Positions 44,896 through 52,763 of a stretch of 52,763 nucleotides of DNA are shown here, in pieces; position 1 is the stretch's first letter, and every line of letters begins with the position of its first letter. The stretch comes from Thermoplasmatota archaeon (GTDB lineage Archaea; Thermoplasmatota; E2; JACPAO01; JAHFTW01). The stretch lies in the NCBI GenBank assembly GCA_049617695.1, contig JBMZJT010000005.1, positions 2,965-55,727 on the forward strand, read 5' to 3'. The notes beneath the pieces were generated by a model. The model was not told the origin of the DNA. It searched no databases and saw only the letters and a program-made list of their open reading frames with translations. The position numbers and the translations under genes are program-made.

Positions 44896-45014
44896 TGGGC
44901 GTGCGACTCACGGGAGGGGTTTCATGGCTTCGCCAGGGGCCACGAAATCGACGCCGCACGAGCCCGTCATATGACGGCCTCAATCCCATATAGGCTGCCC
45001 AACTGGCATGCCCC

Positions 45015-46337
45015 ATGAGCTTCGACACCGACCGCATCCGCAGCCAATTTCCGGTACTAGCACGCCACATCGAAGGTGTCGACGGCCCCTTACCGCTGGT
45101 CTTCATGGACCACGGCGCCAGCACCCACGCACCGCAGCCGGTCCTCGACGCTGTCATGGACCTGCACACCCAGCGCTACGCCAACATTCACCGAGGCAAC
45201 CACACGCTCAGCCTCGAATCCAGCGATCTCTTTGACAGCGCCGCCAGCGACTTCGCCTCCTTCATTGGCGCCACGCGCAGCGTCGAACAAGGCGACGACG
45301 CCTTTGCCATGCTTGGCAACACGACCGACGCACTCAGTTTGGCCGCGCACCTCATGGCCGACACGCCCGGCGCCACCTTGACCACGTTGGCCGAGCACCA
45401 CAGCAACGACCTGCCCCACCGTGCCCGCGGCGACGTCCTGCACGCCGACGTGGACCACCAAGGCCGCGTCGTCATGGACGACTTCTCGGCGAAGCTGGAA
45501 GAAAACGACGTCAAGCTGGTGGCCGTCACCGGTTGCAGCAACGTCACCGGCTACATGCCACCCATTCACGACATGGCTCGCTTGGCCCACGAACATGGCG
45601 CGAAGATCCTCGTCGACGCGGCCCAATTGTACGCCCATCAAGCCATTGACGTCAAGCCCCGCGACCACCCCGAGCACATCGACATGCTCGCCGCCGCCGG
45701 CCACAAGGCCTACGCGCCGTTTGGCAGCAGCTTCCTCTACGCGCCCACCGAATTGATGGACGCGGCCAGCCCGTACATGCCTGGAGGCGGCACCGTCGAA
45801 TGGGTCACCGATCAAAACGCCTGGTTCACCAAGGGCCCCGACCGCCACATGGGCGGCACCCCCAACATCACCGGCGTCGTGGCATTCGCCGCCGCAACCC
45901 GATTCCTTGCCGGCATTGGCATGGACAACGTCCGCGCCCACGAAGTCGAACTCACCGAACTGGGCCTCAAACACTTCGAGGATCTCCGAGAGCGCCACGG
46001 CATCGATCTGTTCGGCCCCAAGACCAGTCAAGAGAAGGCCGGCGTGTTCAGCTTCACCGTGCCCGACGTGCGCCACGACGTCGTGAGCAAAGTCCTGAGC
46101 ACCGAAGCCGGCATCGCCACGCGCAACGGCTGCTTCTGCGCCCACCCACTCCTGCACCGGCTCCTTGGACTCGGCGTCGAACTGCCCGGCGCCACCCGCG
46201 CCACCATCGGCATCTACCAGCAAGCCAGCGACTTGGAACTGCTCGTCGAACACCTGGACATCATCGCACGCAAGGCCTGGAAAGGCGACCACGGCAACGG
46301 CGCGCCGACCGTCCAGACCACCGTCGAAGTCAGCTGA
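45015..46337 (+). CDS. Class V aminotransferase / SufS-like cysteine desulfurase
   Basis: DHGAS, YANIHRG, EHHSN, VDAAQ, GHK (PLP Lys), GTPN, RNGCFCAHP. Confidence 0.88.
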   Translation: MSFDTDRIRSQFPVLARHIEGVDGPLPLVFMDHGASTHAPQPVLDAVMDLHTQRYANIHRGNHTLSLESSDLFDSAASDFASFIGATRSVEQGDDAFAMLGNTTDALSLAAHLMADTPGATLTTLAEHHSNDLPHRARGDVLHADVDHQGRVVMDDFSAKLEENDVKLVAVTGCSNVTGYMPPIHDMARLAHEHGAKILVDAAQLYAHQAIDVKPRDHPEHIDMLAAAGHKAYAPFGSSFLYAPTELMDAASPYMPGGGTVEWVTDQNAWFTKGPDRHMGGTPNITGVVAFAAATRFLAGIGMDNVRAHEVELTELGLKHFEDLRERHGIDLFGPKTSQEKAGVFSFTVPDVRHDVVSKVLSTEAGIATRNGCFCAHPLLHRLLGLGVELPGATRATIGIYQQASDLELLVEHLDIIARKAWKGDHGNGAPTVQTTVEVS

Positions 46338-46389
46338 ACGCAGCATCGAAGCTGCAAACCCTGATGCCTGGCAGGCTCATCTCACAAGC

Positions 46390-46701
46390 ATGCGCACACT
46401 GATTGCCGCGAGCTTGTTCCTGATTGCCCTCGCCGGTTGCACCGATGCCGACGACGTCTGGCACTACCAATTCACCCAGTGCGAAGACGCCCCCTGGGGC
46501 AACGTGAACGACGCCGCTGCGCTGGAATCGCACTACGGCTTTGCTTTCAAGGACGTTGAGGAAACCACGGATGGCGGCGCCTATGCCTCCGTCTGCGGCG
46601 GCGCCAGCGACCGCCACCTCGAAGCCACGCCTGTCGATGGCGACGCGACCAAACTCAAGGCCGATGGCTGGAAGGAAGGCCCAACGCCTCAAGTCGAATA
46701 G
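46390..46701 (+). CDS. Small lipoprotein
   Basis: MRTLI..LAGC lipobox; TQC..PW motif. Confidence 0.7.
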   Translation: MRTLIAASLFLIALAGCTDADDVWHYQFTQCEDAPWGNVNDAAALESHYGFAFKDVEETTDGGAYASVCGGASDRHLEATPVDGDATKLKADGWKEGPTPQVE

Positions 46702-47576
46702 GCCGACCGCCACCACAGGTAGCCCGCGACGCTGGCCAAACACAACCACAGGCCTAGCAATTCGATGGGCGCGAACGTGAAGTCCAGCAGCCACCACGCG
46801 AAGAACACCGTCGCCGCCAATTCCAGGGCGACCAGGATGTTGACTTCGCCACTGGGTGCCATGCGCAGCGCGGATTGGAACATGGCCAAGGCCGCCAACG
46901 TCGGCACCAGCACCTGAATCGCGGTCCACATCCACGTCTCGGCGGTGAACGTGCCGAAGGCAGGCAAGGGCTCCGTCGCGACGGCCATCGCCAAGAAACC
47001 GATGGCGCCAAGGAGTGTGCTGGCCAGCAGCAGGTCTTGCCACGGCAGCCCGCGGCCATGCTTGCGAAGCAGGACAGCATACATGCCCCAGGTCAAGCCG
47101 GCGCCGATGGCCAGTGTCATGCCCCAGGCATCCGGTGCAGGCACCGATCCACCGCCAGTCAATGCGAGCCATCCGCCGACGCCGAGGCCGAGAATCGCCG
47201 GCACGAAGGACCACCCGACTTGCTCACGAAGCCACAGCCAGCCAAAGAGCGCCGTCCAGAGAGGCGCCGTGTAGAAGCCGAGCGTCGTGTACGCAGCCGG
47301 GATGCGGGTTTGACTGTAGACAAAGAATGCAAAGCTCAGGAACGTCCCGACGACCAACGCACCAAACAGGGCCGGTTGTCGCAGAATGCGCCAGGCATTG
47401 GCAATGCGCTTGCGGCCAAAGTAGAGCGCCGGCAGCAGAAATGCCAGGCCGCCGCGGACCGCTTGGAGCCACATGGGGCTGTACTGGCGCAGCAGAATCT
47501 CATTGCCCGGACTGAGCAAACCCCAACAGGTGAAGGCGGCCGCCGCCAGGAGCAGGCCCTTGCGGCGCTCGTCCAC
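46689..47576 (-). CDS. DMT/EamA family transporter
   Basis: About ten TMs in two repeats; YTAPLW..LF..L.L.E. Confidence 0.88.
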   Translation of the reverse strand: MDERRKGLLLAAAAFTCWGLLSPGNEILLRQYSPMWLQAVRGGLAFLLPALYFGRKRIANAWRILRQPALFGALVVGTFLSFAFFVYSQTRIPAAYTTLGFYTAPLWTALFGWLWLREQVGWSFVPAILGLGVGGWLALTGGGSVPAPDAWGMTLAIGAGLTWGMYAVLLRKHGRGLPWQDLLLASTLLGAIGFLAMAVATEPLPAFGTFTAETWMWTAIQVLVPTLAALAMFQSALRMAPSGEVNILVALELAATVFFAWWLLDFTFAPIELLGLWLCLASVAGYLWWRSAYST

Positions 47577-50066
47577 CTACGCCTCGACCGTTTGACCGAG
47601 CTTATGCATCGCGGTCAAGACGTCCGTCATGCCGGCAAGTTGTTCGGGAATCTCGATGCCGTCAATGGGTGCTGCGAGGCTGAGACCAGCGTCTTGCTTG
47701 GCCTTCCACACGGCGGCGTTGAATTCGAGGACGGCCTCGGTGAGCGACTCGTCCACGTCAATGCCTAGCACTTGGGGGAAGCCGCTGTGGTGGACATCGA
47801 TGTCGTACACCTTGTCGGCGTAGTAGTGGCTCACGAAGGGACTGATCGGCGCCAGGAGCAGCAAGACACGGCGCACGACTTCGTGCAGTGTCCAGCACGC
47901 CGCCGGATCCGGATCGACGCCTTCGTCTGCGTTGCCATAGGCGCGGGTTTTGACCATTTCCAGGTAGTGGGGCGCAAACAGGTTCCACACGAAGGAGCGC
48001 AGTTTGTTGGCGGGGCCAAAGAAGTCCAGCTTGTCGTAGCCTTCCAAGGCTTCCTTGGTGAGTTGGTCCAATTCGCCGAGAATCCACGTGTCCACGGCGT
48101 GCAATTCGCCGGGGTGTTCGGGCTGGTCGAAGCGGCTGACGAAGTTGACGACGTTGGCCAGCTTCTGCAGGAACTTGCCCGTTCCCTGGATCTTCTGCTC
48201 GTCGATGCGGAAGTCGTCGCCGATGGTGCACTCGCCGGCAATCCATAGGCGGAAGGCGTCGCTGCCGAACTTGTCGATGACCTCGTCCGGGTTGATGACA
48301 TTGCCAACGGACTTGCTCATCTTGCGGCCGTGCTTGTCCATACCCATGCCGTGAATGACGACGTTCTCGAAGGGCTTGCTGCCCTTCAGAAGTTGGTTTT
48401 TGAGGCTGGCATAGTAGAGCCACGTGCGGACAATGTCGCGGCCGTTGATGCGCAGGCTGCACGTGTGGTCGTTCCACCATTCCTTGTCCTGCAAGTGGTT
48501 CAGAACGAAAAGGTGGCTGACGCTGCTGTCCATCCAGGTGTCGAAGACCTTCTCCTCGCCCTTCCAGGTCCAGCCATCATGGGCCTGCATGAAGTTGTTC
48601 AGCTCGCCTTGGACCTCGCGTGTCTCACGGTGCAGGACGCGGCTGTTGACCGGCGGGTCTTCGAGCCAGGGCCGGTAGTAGACGGCCTCCAAGTCACTAG
48701 CGGGCGGGACGATGACGTAGTCCGTTTCCTCGCCTTCTTCGTCGACGACGAACCACAACGGAATCTCGGTGTGGTAGTAGCGGCGGCGGCTGATGGGCCA
48801 GTCGATGCTGACCGTGTCAATCCAGTCCAGCAAGAGTTGGCGGTGCTTGGCCGGCACGAAGTCCATGTCCTTCGCGATGGCCTTCAATTCCTCCGTGACG
48901 TGGGTCTGCTTGACGTACCACTCCTTGAGGGAAATGACCTCGACGGCTGCCTTGGAGCGCTCCGAGATCGGGAATTTTTGTTGAATCGTGTCGAATTCAG
49001 GGAGCTTCCCGGCGGCTTCCAGGTCTTCGATGATTCGGCGGCGGGCATCTTCGACCAGGAGGCCCGCGTAGGCGCCGGCGACTTCCGTCATCCGGCCATC
49101 CATGCCGATGGCGGCGATGGCGTCGAGTTCCAATTCCCGGAACAGTTGCACATCCGCTTGGTCACCGTAACTGCACACCATCATGATGCCGCTGCCAAAG
49201 TCGGTCTTGACGTGCGGGTGGGCACGGATTTCGACTTCATTGCCCAGGCCCGTCGGCGTGTCCAGCGTGTGCGGATCGTCCTTGAGTTGACGCTTGCCGA
49301 AACCAGGCGCCGGACCCATGGACCGGTCGATGGGCAGCACGGCAGTCTTGCCGATGAGATGCTTGGTGTCCTCATTGTCCGGGTGGACCAGAACCATGCG
49401 GCAGGCGGCGATGAGTTCGGGCCGCGTGGTGCTGATGGTGATCTCTTCGCCTGTTTCCTTGACCGTCCAGGTGACGTGGTTCAAGCGGGTTTTGCGTTCA
49501 TCGTAGAACACTTCGGCATCGGCGATGGTCGTGCCGAGTTTGGGGTCGAAGGTGTTGGGACGCAATTCCTCGATGATGAGGCCTTGCTCGAAGAGCTTCA
49601 GAAACTGCGCCTGGCTGAAGGCGCGGTAGTCAGGACTGTCCGTTTCGTAGCCGTTGTCGAAATCGCAGCTCAGGCCGATGCGGCGCCCAATGCGCTTCAT
49701 GTCGTCGCTGTACACCGAGATTTCCTTGCGGCATTCTTCATTGAATTCGGCGCGGTCCCAGAAGCGCATCGGCTTCTTGTGCTTCTTTTCGACCGTGAAC
49801 TCGATGTTGATGCCGTTGCGATCCGTGCCCCACGGGAACAAGACATCGTGACCCGACATCCGCTTGGAGCGCGCAATCATGTCAATGAGACTGTAACCCG
49901 CGACGGCCCCAATGTGCCAGCGACCACTCGGGTACGGCGGCGGCGTGTCGATGCTCCAGACCGGCTTGGCGCCGTCGCCGACGAACGGCGGCACCCGCCC
50001 AGCGACCTCGCCAGAGATCCGGGATTCCAGTTCGACGTTCCACTTCTCGAGGGCCTTGTCGGTCAT
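47577..50066 (-). CDS. valS: Valine--tRNA ligase (archaeal type)
   Basis: DTPPPYPSG.WHIG, TTRPEL, DWPISR.RYY.T.IP, DTWMDSS, KMSKS. Confidence 0.93.
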   Translation of the reverse strand: MTDKALEKWNVELESRISGEVAGRVPPFVGDGAKPVWSIDTPPPYPSGRWHIGAVAGYSLIDMIARSKRMSGHDVLFPWGTDRNGINIEFTVEKKHKKPMRFWDRAEFNEECRKEISVYSDDMKRIGRRIGLSCDFDNGYETDSPDYRAFSQAQFLKLFEQGLIIEELRPNTFDPKLGTTIADAEVFYDERKTRLNHVTWTVKETGEEITISTTRPELIAACRMVLVHPDNEDTKHLIGKTAVLPIDRSMGPAPGFGKRQLKDDPHTLDTPTGLGNEVEIRAHPHVKTDFGSGIMMVCSYGDQADVQLFRELELDAIAAIGMDGRMTEVAGAYAGLLVEDARRRIIEDLEAAGKLPEFDTIQQKFPISERSKAAVEVISLKEWYVKQTHVTEELKAIAKDMDFVPAKHRQLLLDWIDTVSIDWPISRRRYYHTEIPLWFVVDEEGEETDYVIVPPASDLEAVYYRPWLEDPPVNSRVLHRETREVQGELNNFMQAHDGWTWKGEEKVFDTWMDSSVSHLFVLNHLQDKEWWNDHTCSLRINGRDIVRTWLYYASLKNQLLKGSKPFENVVIHGMGMDKHGRKMSKSVGNVINPDEVIDKFGSDAFRLWIAGECTIGDDFRIDEQKIQGTGKFLQKLANVVNFVSRFDQPEHPGELHAVDTWILGELDQLTKEALEGYDKLDFFGPANKLRSFVWNLFAPHYLEMVKTRAYGNADEGVDPDPAACWTLHEVVRRVLLLLAPISPFVSHYYADKVYDIDVHHSGFPQVLGIDVDESLTEAVLEFNAAVWKAKQDAGLSLAAPIDGIEIPEQLAGMTDVLTAMHKLGQTVEA

Positions 50067-50157
50067 GGGGACAGCGGCGCGGACGAGGGCCGGTTTGAAA
50101 GCGGTTTGGAGGACCCTACCCCGGAATTCTAGCAATCAAAACAGCTAGGACATCAAA

Positions 50158-50634
50158 ATGAAACGAATCGTCGCAATCGCAACGCTAACCCTGCTAGTCT
50201 CCATCTCCCTCGCCCCGACGACCTCCGCGAGTCCCATCGGAGTTTGCAATTCAACAAGCAGCCCCGCACACATTTGCATTGCTTATGGAAGCGCAATCGA
50301 AGAGCGCCGCGTGGTCGCTCTCGACGGACGGGACTACTGGGACGCCCTGATTGGCACGTGCACCATCCCATTGCCCACGGGCGGATCTACCATCATCCCC
50401 GCGGTTTGGATTGCACAAAACGGGGGCGAAGCAACCACGTGCCACCCGTTCACAGGAGGAACGTTTACCGCTATTGCAGGCCTCGAACAAGTAGCAGTCC
50501 CTGATGCGACGGGCTCCGAGGGCGTATTTGTGGGCATCTACGAAGCCGACATCTCGAGCACGGTATTGGGCTTCGGTGTTACTGGAGTACCTGCTGTTGC
50601 TCCAGGAGTCACGATCACAGCGGGCATCTGGTAG
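50158..50634 (+). CDS. Exported hypothetical protein
   Basis: MKRIVAIA signal peptide; four Cys. Confidence 0.65.
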   Translation: MKRIVAIATLTLLVSISLAPTTSASPIGVCNSTSSPAHICIAYGSAIEERRVVALDGRDYWDALIGTCTIPLPTGGSTIIPAVWIAQNGGEATTCHPFTGGTFTAIAGLEQVAVPDATGSEGVFVGIYEADISSTVLGFGVTGVPAVAPGVTITAGIW

Positions 50635-50736
50635 ACTGCCCCGCACTTGCTTTTCCCCCTCATCCTTCGTCACGCATGCAACCCCTGGCTTGCAACATCC
50701 TTTAAGACCCCCTTGAGTCCCTGCGCGTTGAAGGCC

Positions 50737-51636
50737 ATGCGGTTGAACAACTTCCTCCTGCTCTTGACGCTCCTGCTCGTGCCCTTGTCCGGCTGCCTCG
50801 GATTTGGCGACGAAGGCGAAGATGACCACAGCGACGACTGTGACCACCTCGAAGGCGACGCCCACGATGCTTGCCACGAAGCTGAAGGCGGCCACGGTGG
50901 CGAAGGCAACGAAACCCATGGCGGCAACGGCGGCCACGAGGGCAACGAAACGGAAGTGCCCAACGAGCTGCCCAACGCCACCCTCATCATGACGGCCGAC
51001 AGCGACGGCCGCGTCCTCACCGGCACCGATTTCATCCTGCCCGGCGAGAACGTCACCTTCAGCGCCGTCGGCAGCTCCGACAGCGATGGCGAAATCGACC
51101 TCATCGGCCTGACCGTGAAGGACTCCAACGAGACCCGCACGGTCCAGCTCCTGGACGACGCTGGCAACTTCGTCAACGTCAGCCTCCAGTTCAACTACGT
51201 CGGCGCCGTCGAAGTCACCCTGCGTGTCCTCGACAACCGCGGCGAAGGCATCCAACTGGCCTCCAACGTCTTCGTCAACGAACGCGAGACGCACACCACG
51301 GCCGCCGACAACCTGTACGCACCGAACCAAAGCGGCTGCACGCCCGCCGGCTACAACGAACAAGCGATCCTGATTGCCCAGCAGTTCTACACGAACGAGC
51401 CATTCATCGTCAACGCGGGCGCCAAGTGGTTCTCCGTCAGTGCCACCGGCACCGACCACGTCGCGATCTGCGGCCCCGATGGCGAGCTCGCCACCGGGGG
51501 AAGCGCTGCGGAAACCGAAGAAGGCAACTGGACCCCCAGCCCGCGCGACTACTACGTCGCCATCTACCCGGACGGCCCCGCGACCTCCGTGGACTTCGAG
51601 ATCATCGTCCACTACGAGTCCAAGCCGGCTGCCTAA
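50737..51636 (+). CDS. Lipoprotein with His/Glu/Gly-rich linker and PKD-like domain
   Basis: LSGC lipobox; His-rich segment; V.FSA.GSSDSDG.I and VTL.V.DN.G PKD patterns; TTTAAG at 50701. Confidence 0.78.
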   Translation: MRLNNFLLLLTLLLVPLSGCLGFGDEGEDDHSDDCDHLEGDAHDACHEAEGGHGGEGNETHGGNGGHEGNETEVPNELPNATLIMTADSDGRVLTGTDFILPGENVTFSAVGSSDSDGEIDLIGLTVKDSNETRTVQLLDDAGNFVNVSLQFNYVGAVEVTLRVLDNRGEGIQLASNVFVNERETHTTAADNLYAPNQSGCTPAGYNEQAILIAQQFYTNEPFIVNAGAKWFSVSATGTDHVAICGPDGELATGGSAAETEEGNWTPSPRDYYVAIYPDGPATSVDFEIIVHYESKPAA

Positions 51637-51679
51637 GCCACTTCGGCTTCCTTTTTCCCCTCCCCCCTTTGACCGCCTC

Positions 51680-52120
51680 GTGCGGTTCCATTGGCTGCGC
51701 CTTCGGGCCACGGCTCATGCAACAGAAGACCCTGAGCGCGTGCGCGCCGCCATGCAGCACCTCACGGGCCTCGACGACGGCGCCTTCCAGGCATTGACCG
51801 AGGAGAACCAGGTCGATGCCCATCATGGCGGCGACGTCCGGTTCCTGGAAACCACGGTATCTCGATCCGCCGATGTGCGACGCATCGTCAAGCAACTCGT
51901 CGACGCGACGCCGACCTTGGCCGACGAACTCGAGGCGCGGACGGACGACGACGGCATCGTGTACCTCCGCTTTGGCAAACAGGACGCCTACCAGGGACGG
52001 ACCACGGCGACGCGCAGTGATGATGCGGTGCAAGTGCGCATCAAACCCATGGTCCACCCAGCCAGCCGGCAAGGCGCCATCGATGCCATGGCGCAACTCT
52101 TGGAGACCGGCCAGGTCTAG
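51680..52120 (+). CDS. Archaeal RNA-binding domain protein (UPF0201/DUF54-like)
   Basis: HATED.ERV..A, HHG, R.DD....YLR..KQ.AY.G. Confidence 0.8.
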   Translation: MRFHWLRLRATAHATEDPERVRAAMQHLTGLDDGAFQALTEENQVDAHHGGDVRFLETTVSRSADVRRIVKQLVDATPTLADELEARTDDDGIVYLRFGKQDAYQGRTTATRSDDAVQVRIKPMVHPASRQGAIDAMAQLLETGQV

Positions 52121-52185
52121 CGTTCTCTTCAAAGGCCTTTATTTGGAGGAGGGGAGTCCTCGTTCTGCTTCGGAGCGAGCTGCGC

Positions 52186-52763
52186 GTGGCAGAGCCAGAT
52201 TTTGAAACCACATGCCCCGTGTGTGCGCACGACTTCGACGTCCCCGGCGATGCAGCCGAGGCGCCGTGCCCCAAGTGCGGTGCGATCATTGAATTTGAAG
52301 CCGATGACGCCGAGGCTCGCCGCCAAGCGACCCTTGCTGCGCAGGAGGCCGCTCGTCAGGAACGCGAGGCCGCCAAGGCCGCTGCGGCGCAGGCACGGGC
52401 CGAAGCCAAGGCCCGCAAGCAAGCCGAGAAGCAAGCTGCCAAGCAGCGGCGCCTGCGGGAAAAGGAAGAAGCCCGCAAGGCGGCTGAAGTGGCCAAGGCC
52501 AAGAAGCAAGCCGAAGCCGCCAAGGCCCGCGCGGCCAAGGAAGCAGCAACCGCAAAGAAGCAGGCAGAAGCCGAACAACGAGCCCGCCTGAAGGCCGAAC
52601 AAGATGCCAAGGCAGCCAAAGCCAAAGCTGAAACGGAGGCCAAGAAGCAAGCCGAGGCGGCAAAAGCCCGCGCAGCCAAGGAAGCAGCCGCCGCGAAAAA
52701 ACAGGCAGAAGCCGAAAAGCAAGCCCGTCTGAAGGCTGAGCAAGATGCGGCGGCCGCCAAAGC
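52186..52763 (+). CDS. Zinc-ribbon protein with Ala/Lys/Glu-rich repetitive coiled coil (runs off the window end)
   Basis: Read manually, not in the ORF track: GTG-AEPDFETTCPVC...CPKCG then KKQAEAAKARAAKEAA.. repeated with a 141-nt (47-aa) period (52501 vs 52642). Confidence 0.75.
   Translation, partial: MAEPDFETTCPVCAHDFDVPGDAAEAPCPKCGAIIEFEADDAEARRQATLAAQEAARQEREAAKAAAAQARAEAKARKQAEKQAAKQRRLREKEEARKAAEVAKAKKQAEAAKARAAKEAATAKKQAEAEQRARLKAEQDAKAAKAKAETEAKKQAEAAKARAAKEAAAAKKQAEAEKQARLKAEQDAAAAK

Noticed and set aside
50041-50050. CACTTCTCGA, partial match to the left TIR
   Set aside because: Inside the valS coding sequence, lacks the terminal CTG and has no adjacent TSD; consistent with chance

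Overview
High-GC archaeal DNA, most likely Thermoplasmatota. This is an inference from Cdc6/Orc1, archaeal-type ValRS, PolB, a UPF0201-type RNA-binding protein and many PG-TM-RRR sorting tails. The main result is a complete ~30.6-kb transposon-like element (3763-34340) inserted between housekeeping-type genes. It is bounded by perfect 12-bp terminal inverted repeats (CTGCACTTCTCG...CGAGAAGTGCAG), flanked by an exact 7-bp target-site duplication (TGAATGC), and has clustered subterminal TGAGGT/ACCTCA motifs. It encodes a single IS4-superfamily DDE transposase at its right end, behind three small wHTH-like genes. The ~26 kb of cargo is devoted to metals: three two-domain (type C-like) multicopper oxidases, three cupredoxins (one apparently circularly permuted), a repeat-flanked MerB-like cassette, a P1B-ATPase, a ZIP transporter with an ectodomain, a CDF, a NikR-like regulator, an ABC system and many surface-anchored unknown proteins. 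Left flank: beta-propeller lipoprotein, BolA, cystathionine gamma-synthase/lyase. Right flank: two-component cluster, cdc6, a divergent polB, EVE, DrrAB-type ABC transporter, SufS-like enzyme, DMT, valS and others. No rRNA, tRNA or CRISPR array was recognised. All family calls come from motif reading, not database searches.
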